Shown here in pieces: positions 26,372 through 34,907 of a stretch of DNA of 55,944 nucleotides. Positions within the stretch are counted from its first letter, which is position 1; every line of letters begins with the position of its first letter. Position numbers and translations under genes: made by a program. Origin of the DNA: a virus (taxonomy: Duplodnaviria; Caudoviricetes); IMG/VR virus record IMGVR_UViG_3300044476_000120, positions 1 through 55,944 of that record; one strand, 5' to 3'. The notes below the pieces were generated by a model. The model made no database searches, was not told where the DNA came from, and saw nothing but the letters and a program-made list of their open reading frames with translations.

Positions 26372-26593
26372 ATGGCCCACGTCCACGACTACGTCCCGTC
26401 CGCCCAGCCTGCCCAGCCGTGCACGCCGTGCAGCACCCTCGTCCGGGAGCAGCGCCTGCCCCGGGCCGAGGCCAAGGCAGCCTATGCGAAGATCAAGGAG
26501 GAGGCCGCTGGCGTTCCCGTCCTCTTCTGCCAGGCCTGCACCGTCCGCAAGGCCACGTGCCCCCACGGCCACGACCACTTCTGGACGTGGTGA
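26372..26593 (+). CDS. Small Cys/His-rich protein
   Basis: AAGGAG RBS; CxxC, CxxC, CxxxH. Confidence 0.65.
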   Translation: MAHVHDYVPSAQPAQPCTPCSTLVREQRLPRAEAKAAYAKIKEEAAGVPVLFCQACTVRKATCPHGHDHFWTW

Positions 26594-26727
26594 CGGTGCC
26601 GCTCGACGTTCGTTTCCCCTGCTGCCCCTGCTGCACGTGGGAGGCGAACGTCGAGCGGCACGAGGAAGGACACAAGTACCCGTGTGCGCTGCACCAGCCG
26701 AAGGGCCCGCACCCGCGATCGAGGTAG
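26590..26727 (+). CDS. Small Cys/His-rich protein
   Basis: GTGA overlap; CCPCC...H...C..H. Confidence 0.45.
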   Translation: MTVPLDVRFPCCPCCTWEANVERHEEGHKYPCALHQPKGPHPRSR

Positions 26728-26850
26728 CACCAGACCCATGGGTCGACTTCGCCGCTAGGCTGGCTCTGCCACCGACAGAAAGTCGAGAGGAACCGCCTCT
26801 GTAGAACCCCGGCACGACCCATCACCACCCAACCCACGAAAGGTACGACC

Positions 26851-27219
26851 ATGCAGATCATCGTCAACACCCCGCTGTCCTCCGAGGACCGCGACATCCT
26901 GGCCTTCCTGATCGGCGCGCTGGACGCCCCGGCGCCTGTCGCCGAGGAGGACAAGCCGGCACCGGCGAAGAAGGCCGCTGCCCCGAAGCCAGCACCCGAG
27001 AAGAAGGCCGAGCCGGAGCCGGAGCCGGAGGCCGAGGACGAGGCCGAGGCCGAGGACGAGGTCACCATGGAGGACGCCACCAAGGCCGCGACCAAGTTGG
27101 TCTCGTCCGGGGACGCCGCCAAGGTCAAGGCCGCGCTCACCAAGGTCGGCGCCAAGCGCGTCTCCGAGATCGACGGACCGGCCAACCTGGCCAAGTTCGT
27201 CGCCCTGCTCCAGGCCTGA
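26851..27219 (+). CDS. Hypothetical protein with acidic Pro/Ala linker
   Basis: GAAAGG RBS; typical gene preceding the Cas4-like/SSB/PolA module. Confidence 0.75.
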   Translation: MQIIVNTPLSSEDRDILAFLIGALDAPAPVAEEDKPAPAKKAAAPKPAPEKKAEPEPEPEAEDEAEAEDEVTMEDATKAATKLVSSGDAAKVKAALTKVGAKRVSEIDGPANLAKFVALLQA

Positions 27220-27222
27220 GCC

Positions 27223-27384
27223 ATGGCGCGCATCAAGGTCACGGGGTACCTCGACACGTCCGGGATGGAGCCGTCCATGGTCGACCTCGGCCATGAGACC
27301 GGGCTCAGCCCCTCGGGGTACGAGAAGGTGACGTTCGACCTGGACCTCGACGACGTCGAGTTCGTCCTCGAGAACGACGACTGA
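27223..27384 (+). CDS. Acidic 53-aa protein
   Basis: Not in ORF track; MARIKVTGYLDT...DVEFVLENDD. Confidence 0.6.
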   Translation: MARIKVTGYLDTSGMEPSMVDLGHETGLSPSGYEKVTFDLDLDDVEFVLENDD

Positions 27385-27416
27385 GCACGACCCTCAAGGA
27401 ACCGGAGGAGATCGAC

Positions 27417-28586
27417 ATGCCCAACGAACACGCGACGTTGTCGCCGTCCGCCGCCGAGCGCTGGCTGGAGTGCCCTGCATCCATCCGGATGGAGAGCCTC
27501 GTCCCACCAGAGGTCGAGTCGGAGTACGCCCGGGAGGGGACCATCGCCCACGCGCTGGCCGAACTGAAGGCCTCCCGGGAGTTCGGCTTCATCACGGATG
27601 CGCAGTTCGTCGACCGCCGCAGGCGTTGGTACGTCGAGCACCGCGACGTCATCGACCAGGACGAGGTCGAGGTCGAGATGGAGCGGCACACCGACGCCTA
27701 TGTCGATCTCCTCCGGGACCGCATGAGCCTGTACCCCAACTCGGCCCTCCTGCTCGAGCAGCGGATGGACACGGGAGTCCCCCATTGTTGGGGTACCGGC
27801 GATGCGGTGATCTGCTCCCCGGAGCACGTCGAGATCGTCGACTTCAAGTACGGGGCCGGGGTCGCGGTGGAGGCGAAGGGCAACCCTCAACTCCGCCTCT
27901 ACGCGCTGGGAGCGATGGACACCTTCGGTGACGTGCTCGGGGAGACCAAGGTCATCCGCATCACGGTGCATCAGCCGAGGATGAACCACGTCCTGACCGA
28001 CGAGATGGACCCGGACGACCTGCGCGGCTGGCGTGAGGACATCATCCCGATCGCCGAGTCCGCGCTGGGCGACGACGCGCCGTTCGGCCCATCCGACACG
28101 GCCTGCCGGTGGTGCCCCGCATCGGGCCGGTGCAAGGCCCAACTCGAGGAGGTCTTCTCCGTCCCGTTCGACCAGGACCTTGACACGTTGAGCCCAGACG
28201 AGTTCTCGGCCTTCCTCGGCAAGCGGAAGATGGTCCAGGACTGGCTCAACGCCTTCGAGGCGGCAGCGCTGGACCTGGCGTACTCCCAGAGCACCCCGAT
28301 CCCGGGGTACAAGGTCGTCCTCTCTGGGGGGATTCGCTCTGTGAAGGACCAGGAGCGGGCCCTGGAGGTCCTGCTCGAGGAGGGCTTCGACCGGGACGAG
28401 GTCTCAGTGCGCAAGGTCAAGGGGATCGGAGACCTGGAGAAGTTGCTGGGCAAGGAGCGGTTCGCCGAGTTGCTAGAGGATCCGGGCATCGTCCAGAAGT
28501 CGGAGGGTCGCCCGTCCCTCGCCCCGGAGGACGACAAGCGTCCGTCCATCTCACCCAACACCGAGGCCGCCAAGGACTTCGCATGA
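27417..28586 (+). CDS. Cas4-like / DUF2800 exonuclease
   Basis: HATLSPS..RWLECP, GTGD, IVDFKYG, NPQLRLYALGA, CRWC..C. Confidence 0.9.
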   Translation: MPNEHATLSPSAAERWLECPASIRMESLVPPEVESEYAREGTIAHALAELKASREFGFITDAQFVDRRRRWYVEHRDVIDQDEVEVEMERHTDAYVDLLRDRMSLYPNSALLLEQRMDTGVPHCWGTGDAVICSPEHVEIVDFKYGAGVAVEAKGNPQLRLYALGAMDTFGDVLGETKVIRITVHQPRMNHVLTDEMDPDDLRGWREDIIPIAESALGDDAPFGPSDTACRWCPASGRCKAQLEEVFSVPFDQDLDTLSPDEFSAFLGKRKMVQDWLNAFEAAALDLAYSQSTPIPGYKVVLSGGIRSVKDQERALEVLLEEGFDRDEVSVRKVKGIGDLEKLLGKERFAELLEDPGIVQKSEGRPSLAPEDDKRPSISPNTEAAKDFA

Positions 28587-29119
28587 CCGACAGGCCGTGG
28601 GACCCCGATGCGGTGTGCTTCTACACCGCTGTGTGGTACGCAGCCCGCAAGGCCGAGCAAGCCTTTCTCGACCACCAGAGGGCCGTGGAAGCAGGTACCC
28701 CGCCGCACCAGTGGAAGTACCTGGCTGGTGCCCTAGACGATATGGAGGCAGAGGCAGAGCGTATCCCCTACCGGGTGATGCGGGAAGACCTTGCAAGTTT
28801 CGCGAACACGTTCGGGCTCTCCCGGACGACCCAACCCAAGAAGGAAGGCACCACCATGAAGGTCAACATCTACGAGACGGTCGAAGTCTCGGACGAAGAG
28901 CGGTTCCTGATCGGCGCGTTCTTCGACGGCCCCGACGCCAAGCGGCGCCCGGCCACCAGGGACGAGATGAAGGAGTTCATCTGGACCTACGGCAAGAACT
29001 GGGTCAACGGGCTCCACGGCTTCCCGGAGGACCAGCCGATCGAGGAAGACCTCGTCGGTGAGAACACGCTCGAGGGCGAGGCCGTCGCCGACGCTGACGA
29101 CCTGTCCGACCTGATCTGA
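28583..29119 (+). CDS. Hypothetical protein; probable second in-frame start at 28856
   Basis: ATGA overlap upstream; internal AAGGAAGG RBS before ATG 28856. Confidence 0.6.
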   Translation: MTDRPWDPDAVCFYTAVWYAARKAEQAFLDHQRAVEAGTPPHQWKYLAGALDDMEAEAERIPYRVMREDLASFANTFGLSRTTQPKKEGTTMKVNIYETVEVSDEERFLIGAFFDGPDAKRRPATRDEMKEFIWTYGKNWVNGLHGFPEDQPIEEDLVGENTLEGEAVADADDLSDLI

Positions 29120-29161
29120 CCACCCACGCTCACACCCAACCATCGAGAGGAACCGGACCCC

Positions 29162-29755
29162 ATGTACCACGAGCGGCACAACCCGCTGGACGACCCGCTG
29201 CCGAAGGCCGCGACTGCCACAGCCTCCGTCAATGAGCAGGGGTCCAACCTCTGCTGGTGCGGCGGTGTCGTCCAGCACCTGGACACGCCGGTCTGCACGG
29301 AGAGCGTGCTCCACGACCCCTACGCCACCGGGCGCCCGGAGAAGATCACGAAGTTGTACATCGCCGGCCCGATGACCGGGTACCCGAAGTGCAACTATCC
29401 GGCGTTCGACGAGGCCGAGGTCGCTCTCGTGGCGATGGGGTACGAGGTCGTCAACCCGGCATCGTTCGGGTCTGGGGGAGGCCACTACATCGACCTCCTC
29501 CGCGACGACCTCCGCGCCATGCTCGACTGTCACGCGGTGGCGACGCTCGAGGGTTGGTGGGAGTCCGGTGGTGCCCGCAACGAGGTCCACGTCGCTGGCC
29601 TCCTCAAGATGCCGGTCCGTACCGCCCAGGAGTGGATCATCCGATCCGACGTCTACCGCAACGCCAAGATGGACGCGCTGCGGGCCGCCGCCGGAGTGAC
29701 CTGCAGCCCGCACAAACCCAACCCCAGAAGGAGGGCCCCCCGTGGCGACCAGTAG
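29162..29755 (+). CDS. DUF4406 / nucleoside 2-deoxyribosyltransferase-like protein
   Basis: LYIAGPMTG..NYPAF, VVNPA, L.GW..S.GA..E. Confidence 0.85.
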   Translation: MYHERHNPLDDPLPKAATATASVNEQGSNLCWCGGVVQHLDTPVCTESVLHDPYATGRPEKITKLYIAGPMTGYPKCNYPAFDEAEVALVAMGYEVVNPASFGSGGGHYIDLLRDDLRAMLDCHAVATLEGWWESGGARNEVHVAGLLKMPVRTAQEWIIRSDVYRNAKMDALRAAAGVTCSPHKPNPRRRAPRGDQ

Positions 29756-30152
29756 CAAGGTGAAGTTCAACTTGGAGACCCTGACGGAGAAGGCGATCGA
29801 GGCGATCGAGGCGAAGGTCGCGCTCGCCAAGATCGACTTCGACGCGTTCGAGGATCCGTCCGTTGCCGACGACCGGCTCGCTGCCTGGCGCGCAGCGCAG
29901 AAGGAGCGGGTCGAGGACCTGCTGAAGCAGATCAACGACGGGACCGTCTCGGACCGCGACCTCATGGTGTGGAAGGTGCAGCCCGCCCCGGGCGGCGACA
30001 CGACCAGCGAGCGCACCAGGGCCCTGAACACCCTCCGGGCGCTCCAGTCGCAGCGCGACCAGATCAAGGCGAAGGCCGAGTCCCTCGTCGCAGACGAAGA
30101 CGGCTCGATCGCGCTGACGAAGACCCAACTCGAGGAGTTCTTCGGCCTCTGA
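29742..30152 (+). CDS. Hypothetical helical protein
   Basis: AGGAGG RBS; GC3-rich codons. Confidence 0.7.
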   Translation: MATSSKVKFNLETLTEKAIEAIEAKVALAKIDFDAFEDPSVADDRLAAWRAAQKERVEDLLKQINDGTVSDRDLMVWKVQPAPGGDTTSERTRALNTLRALQSQRDQIKAKAESLVADEDGSIALTKTQLEEFFGL

Positions 30153-30246
30153 GCAGCAGCCATGGCCCGGCTGCCCCGGTGGGGTAGGCTGAGCCTCGCA
30201 CGACCCGCAAGACGACACTCCGACAACACGAAAGAAGGCACACAGC

Positions 30247-30816
30247 ATGGCCAGCACCGCATCGGCGACCAAGGTCGTCACCGGCACCGTCCGCCTCTCC
30301 TACGTCCACCTGTTCGAGCCCTACGCTCAGGGCGACGACGACGTGGAGAAGTATTCCTGCGTCATCCTCATCCCCAAGTCCGACAAGCGGACCCTGAAGA
30401 AGATCGACGACGCGATCGCGGCGGCGACCGAGGCCGGGCGCAACACCAAGTTCGAGGGCAAGGTCCCCAAGATCGTCGTCACCAACCTGCACGACGGTGA
30501 CGAGGAGGCCGACCTCGAGAAGAACCCCGAGTACGAGGGCCACATGTACATGTCGGTCTCGTCGAAGACCAAGCCCGGGATCGTCGACGCCGACGTCAAC
30601 CCGATCCTGGACTCGACGGAGATCTACTCCGGGGTGTACGCCCGGGTGTCCATCAACGCCTTCGCGTACAACTACAAGGGGAAGAAGGGCATCTCGTTCG
30701 GCCTGAACCACGTACAGAAGGTCAAGGACGGAGACTTCCTCGGTGGGCGCAGCCGCGCTGAGGACGACTTCGAGCCGATCGAGGACGAGGGCGACGACGA
30801 CAGCGGTCTCATCTGA
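30247..30816 (+). CDS. ssDNA-binding protein (DUF2815 / T7 gp2.5-like)
   Basis: RLSYVHLFEP, KYS, YSGVYAR, GLNHVQK, acidic tail. Confidence 0.9.
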   Translation: MASTASATKVVTGTVRLSYVHLFEPYAQGDDDVEKYSCVILIPKSDKRTLKKIDDAIAAATEAGRNTKFEGKVPKIVVTNLHDGDEEADLEKNPEYEGHMYMSVSSKTKPGIVDADVNPILDSTEIYSGVYARVSINAFAYNYKGKKGISFGLNHVQKVKDGDFLGGRSRAEDDFEPIEDEGDDDSGLI

Positions 30817-30863
30817 CCTCTGGTCGCCTAGGGCGCACCCGATTAGGGTACGCTTCCACCAGC

Positions 30864-30934
30864 CACCCCCGCTGGGGACGGACGGACGCAGTCGGACCGG
30901 TTCCCCGACACACCCGTCCACCCCAGCGGGGGTG
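30864..30934 (+). other. Long stem-loop in SSB-endonuclease spacer
   Basis: 14-bp IR CACCCCCGCTGGGG/CCCCAGCGGGGGTG with nested inner stems, after TACGCT. Confidence 0.6.
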
Positions 30935-30954
30935 ACCTCTTGTAGGAGCCGAAG

Positions 30955-31500
30955 TTGTTCAAGACCAAACACTGCCGGGATTGCGCAGAGCCGTTCACTC
31001 CAAACTCCGGCGCTCAGTTGTACTGCATGGCGTGCCGCACCAAGACGTGTGACGGGTGCGAACGGTCCTTCACGGTTGGGAACCGTGGGGTGGATCGGTT
31101 CTGCAGTGCGGAGTGCCGGTGGGCGTACCGAGTCCCTCTCACATGCGCCAACTGCGGGGAGGAGTACCTGGGTAGTCCGTTCGGGCACAGGAACCGAGAA
31201 GGTCGTAGGTTCTGCTCAGACAGGTGCAACGTGGTCTTCTCCACCTTCCGCGTCCACGGGATCAGCCCCAGCGTCTACGGAGAGATCCTGGAGGAGCAGG
31301 GAGGGGCGTGCAAACTGTGCTCGCGAACCGTTCCCCGACTGGCGATTGATCATGACCACGGTTGCTGCCCGGGACCGTACTCTTGCGGGAAGTGCATCCG
31401 GGGGCTCCTCTGCCAGCGGTGCAACATGGCACTCCAACCGGCCGAGACGGACTCAACGTGGCTCGACCGGGCAGCGCTCTACCTGGCGGGGATCCTGTGA
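30955..31500 (+). CDS. Endonuclease VII-like (His-Me) nuclease with N-terminal zinc fingers
   Basis: QGGACKLC, LAIDHDH, IRGLLCQRCN; repeated FCS..C. Confidence 0.85.
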   Translation: MFKTKHCRDCAEPFTPNSGAQLYCMACRTKTCDGCERSFTVGNRGVDRFCSAECRWAYRVPLTCANCGEEYLGSPFGHRNREGRRFCSDRCNVVFSTFRVHGISPSVYGEILEEQGGACKLCSRTVPRLAIDHDHGCCPGPYSCGKCIRGLLCQRCNMALQPAETDSTWLDRAALYLAGIL

Positions 31501-33359
31501 AGACCAAGACGCTGTGGGTCGACATCGAGACGCGGTGCTGCGTCGACCTCAAGAAGTATGGAGCATACCGCTACGCAGCGGATCCATCCTTCAAGATCAT
31601 CATGGCCTCGTGGTCCCTTGAGCCGGACGAGGCAGCCATCCAGACAGCACTGACACAGGACGAGATCTGGGACATCCCCGGGCTGTGGGACCCCAAGGTC
31701 CGCAAGGTCGCCCACAACGCCGCGTTCGAGCGCATCTGCTACTCGTCCCGGCTCGGCCCGACAGAGTTCCTCCCTCCGGAGCACTGGCACGACACCCAGG
31801 CGGTGGCTGCTGAACTGGGCTATCCGGCGAGCCTTGACAACCTGGCCAAGTCGCTGGGGGCGACCCCCAAGGACAGCGCTGGGACCAGGCTCATCAACCT
31901 CTTCTGCAAGCCCAACCGGAAGGGCGAGTGGAACACCTACGAGACACACCCCATGGAGTGGATGTCATTCATCGCCTACTGCGAGCAGGACGTGGGCACC
32001 CTGATCGAGGTCGACCTCCTTCTGGAGGAGCAGGGCAACTGGCCAACCGAGACGGAGCGCCAGATCTTCCTGGTGGACCAGCGCATCAACGATCGCGGCA
32101 TCGCCATCGACGTCGACATGGCCCGGGAGGCCGTCCGCGCTGGCGCCACCAACACCCATCTGCAGAAGCAGCAAGTGACCAAGATCACCGGGGTCGCCAA
32201 CCCGGGGTCGGTCACGCAACTCGGGGCGTGGTTCGAGGGCCGAGGATTGCCTCTCCCGAACCTTCGCAAGGAGACGGTGGAATCGGCCCTCTTGCGCTCC
32301 GACCTGCCGGAGGACGTCCGAGAGGTCCTTGAACTGCGTCAGGAGTTGGCTCTGGCCGCGCCAGCCAAGTTCAGTGCCGCGCTGGAGTCCCAGGTGGAGG
32401 GCCGTCTGCGCGGGACGCTCAAGTTCTTCGGGGCCCACACCGGGCGCTGGGCTGGTCGGGGGACGCAGGTCCAGAACCTCCCCCGGGCAGCCTTCGACTC
32501 GGACCTGGAGGTCGACCAGGCCATCCTGGATCTCGCGCTGGGGTTCGACGTGCCATCCGAGGATCTCAAGAAGTTGGTCCGGCCGCTCTTCGTTGGCCCG
32601 TTCACTGTGGTCGACTACGCAGCGATCGAGGCCCGGGTCATCGCCTGGCTCGCCGGGGAGGAGTGGGCGCTCGAGGCCTTCCGCGCCGGGCGGGACATCT
32701 ACGTCGAGACCGCCCAGCGGATGGGCGGTCTGACCCGGTCCGAGGGCAAGGTCGCGGTCCTGGCGCTCGGGTACAACGGGGGCCCCAACTCCCTGCGGGC
32801 CCTGGGCAACGACGGCGCCATCGCTGCCTGTTCGGATGACGAGTTGTACGAGCGGTTCGTCTATCCGTGGCGTGACGCCAACCCCTCGATCGTCCGGCTC
32901 TGGAGCCTGCTGGAGAAGCGCTTCCGGAGCGGCGGTCCCGTGGGCGAGCACCTGGCCTTCGAGAAGGCCAACGGCAACCGTGACCGCCTGCTTCGGCTCC
33001 CCTCGGGGCGTGCGATCGCCTACCGGAAGTGCGGGGTCGAACGCGTCAAGGACGAGCGAGGCCGCGAACGTGAGCGTCTCACGTTCTGGTCCCCCGCCGG
33101 GTACCGGACCGACACCTACGGTGGGCGCCTGGCCGAGAACGTCACCCAGGCCGTCGCCCGCGACATCATGGCGGAGGCGCTGCTCCGGCTCGACCGTCTT
33201 GGGTACCACCCCGTCGCCCACGTCCATGACGAGATCCTGGTGGAGGGCGAGCACGACGTCGAGACCATCTCGCGCATCATGACCGAGGTCCCGTCATGGG
33301 CCGACGGCATGCCGATCAACGGCGAGGGATTCAATGCGAAGAGGTACAAGAAGGCATGA
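31497..33359 (+). CDS. DNA polymerase, family A
   Basis: Exo DIET and AHNAAFE; TGRWAG; motif A DYAAIEAR; motif B K..LALGY; motif C HVHDE. Confidence 0.93.
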   Translation: MKTKTLWVDIETRCCVDLKKYGAYRYAADPSFKIIMASWSLEPDEAAIQTALTQDEIWDIPGLWDPKVRKVAHNAAFERICYSSRLGPTEFLPPEHWHDTQAVAAELGYPASLDNLAKSLGATPKDSAGTRLINLFCKPNRKGEWNTYETHPMEWMSFIAYCEQDVGTLIEVDLLLEEQGNWPTETERQIFLVDQRINDRGIAIDVDMAREAVRAGATNTHLQKQQVTKITGVANPGSVTQLGAWFEGRGLPLPNLRKETVESALLRSDLPEDVREVLELRQELALAAPAKFSAALESQVEGRLRGTLKFFGAHTGRWAGRGTQVQNLPRAAFDSDLEVDQAILDLALGFDVPSEDLKKLVRPLFVGPFTVVDYAAIEARVIAWLAGEEWALEAFRAGRDIYVETAQRMGGLTRSEGKVAVLALGYNGGPNSLRALGNDGAIAACSDDELYERFVYPWRDANPSIVRLWSLLEKRFRSGGPVGEHLAFEKANGNRDRLLRLPSGRAIAYRKCGVERVKDERGRERERLTFWSPAGYRTDTYGGRLAENVTQAVARDIMAEALLRLDRLGYHPVAHVHDEILVEGEHDVETISRIMTEVPSWADGMPINGEGFNAKRYKKA

Positions 33360-33724
33360 GTTCACACGACGATCAGACGCACCGTAGGCTCCGACAAATC
33401 AAAGGACGGGCAGCGGACTACGACTGCGTCGAATGCTCGAAACCCGCGTACGAGTGGGCGTATCAGCATTCCGGACAACCGGACGACCTAGACAGTTACG
33501 CTCCGATGTGCAGAAGTTGCCACCGGAAACTAGACCACAAGAAGAGCCCAGTACTCCAAGAGGCTTGGAAGAAAGCGAGAGCAGAACTGACTGTGGAGAT
33601 ACAGAGAGCCGGAGGGAGAAACGCTCCCCATCCCGGCAAGAAGTTCACCCACGAAGAGGCCGTCGAGATGGGCCGCAAAGGTGGGCTAGCCAAAGCCGAG
33701 AACCGCAAGAACAAGAAGGGATGA
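33356..33724 (+). CDS. HNH-like endonuclease with GRKGG tail
   Basis: CVEC..AYEWAY..PMCRSCH; more AT-rich codons than neighbours. Confidence 0.65.
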   Translation: MSSHDDQTHRRLRQIKGRAADYDCVECSKPAYEWAYQHSGQPDDLDSYAPMCRSCHRKLDHKKSPVLQEAWKKARAELTVEIQRAGGRNAPHPGKKFTHEEAVEMGRKGGLAKAENRKNKKG

Positions 33725-33731
33725 ACCGAAC

Positions 33732-33986
33732 ATGCAGATCACAGTCACGACCTCCAGCGGGGAGACGCACGAGTGGGACGGCGCGCTCGACGCGCTCGAC
33801 GACTGCGGATCGCTCGTCGTCATCTACCCGCTGGGGGAGGGAGAGTCCGGCGACGGGCTCAAGACTCTGACACTGCGGAGCCAGGTTGACCAGGGGCCCG
33901 ACCGGGCTCCCCTCGACGTGTCGTCGCTGGCCCGTGTGGCAGCCGTCTACGCTCCGGGCATGTGGGTCTGGACGGAGTACGCATGA
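33732..33986 (+). CDS. Hypothetical protein
   Basis: Coupled to the next gene by ATGA. Confidence 0.7.
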   Translation: MQITVTTSSGETHEWDGALDALDDCGSLVVIYPLGEGESGDGLKTLTLRSQVDQGPDRAPLDVSSLARVAAVYAPGMWVWTEYA

Positions 33987-34882
33987 ACCGCTGGCCGCTG
34001 TCCAACCTCGACCCGGACGCCGCGATGGACTTCCTCGGATACGTCGAGGAACGCCACCGGGTGTGGACGGCGCGCCAGGTCGGGGCACCCCAGCCGTGGA
34101 CGGATGACCCGATCATCGCCAGCCGGAAGTTCACCAACGTGTTCCGCCTGCTCGACCCGGGGTCGCAGTTCGTGATCACGGACCTGTTCGACGAGTACCT
34201 CGAAGCCCAGGACTACCTCATGCGGTGCTTCCTGTACCGGCACACCAACCTCCCCCGGGCATGGCGCGCCTTCCGTGCTGAGGCCGGGCGATACCCGCTC
34301 ATCGAGGACCTCCCCCGGGTGCGCGCCTTCTGGCATGACTACCGGGCCCGGGGCGAGCGCGTCTTCTCCGGTGCCTACATGATATATCCGCAGTCGTCCA
34401 CCCCGGGTACCGACAAGGTCGACGCCATCCTCGACCTCACGACTCGACTGTTCGTCGACGGCGTGGTCGCCCATGAGTTCGTCAGCGCCGGTTCGTGGGA
34501 GGGAGCCTTCCAATCTCTCCGGCGCAACAAGGGCGTCGCGGACTTCATGTCGATGCAGATACTGACGGACTTCGGCTACGGGACTGACTTCCACGAGAAC
34601 GACTTCGTCGTCCCCGGACCGGGGGCCCGCAAGGGTGCATCGTACCTTGGAGTGAGCGCGGAAACGGCGATCGAGTGGGGGTTCTCGGTCCTCGCGGAGG
34701 TCCCGAACCCCCCAGTGATCTTCGGGAAGCACCGCCCGTCTCGCATGGACGTCCAGAACTGCCTCTGCGAGTTCTCCAAGTACGCCCGGTATCAGAGCAA
34801 GCCATCGAAGCAGGCGCCGTACACCCCGGCGAACCTCGGGGTACAGTTGGCTCCGAAACAACCCCCGTTCTGGAACATCTAG
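33983..34882 (+). CDS. 5-hydroxymethyluridine DNA kinase (5-HMUDK; aGPT-Pplase1 family)
   Basis: ERH...PWTDDPI...KFTNVFR..D; FSGAY; GPGA..G; D.QNCLCEFSKY. Confidence 0.85.
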   Translation: MNRWPLSNLDPDAAMDFLGYVEERHRVWTARQVGAPQPWTDDPIIASRKFTNVFRLLDPGSQFVITDLFDEYLEAQDYLMRCFLYRHTNLPRAWRAFRAEAGRYPLIEDLPRVRAFWHDYRARGERVFSGAYMIYPQSSTPGTDKVDAILDLTTRLFVDGVVAHEFVSAGSWEGAFQSLRRNKGVADFMSMQILTDFGYGTDFHENDFVVPGPGARKGASYLGVSAETAIEWGFSVLAEVPNPPVIFGKHRPSRMDVQNCLCEFSKYARYQSKPSKQAPYTPANLGVQLAPKQPPFWNI

Positions 34883-34907
34883 GAACCGAACAACGAAGGG
34901 AACCGCT

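Noticed and set aside
27417-28586. Cas4-like gene as a CRISPR system
   Set aside because: Standard phage exonuclease in the Cas4-SSB-PolA module; no repeat-spacer array or other cas genes seen
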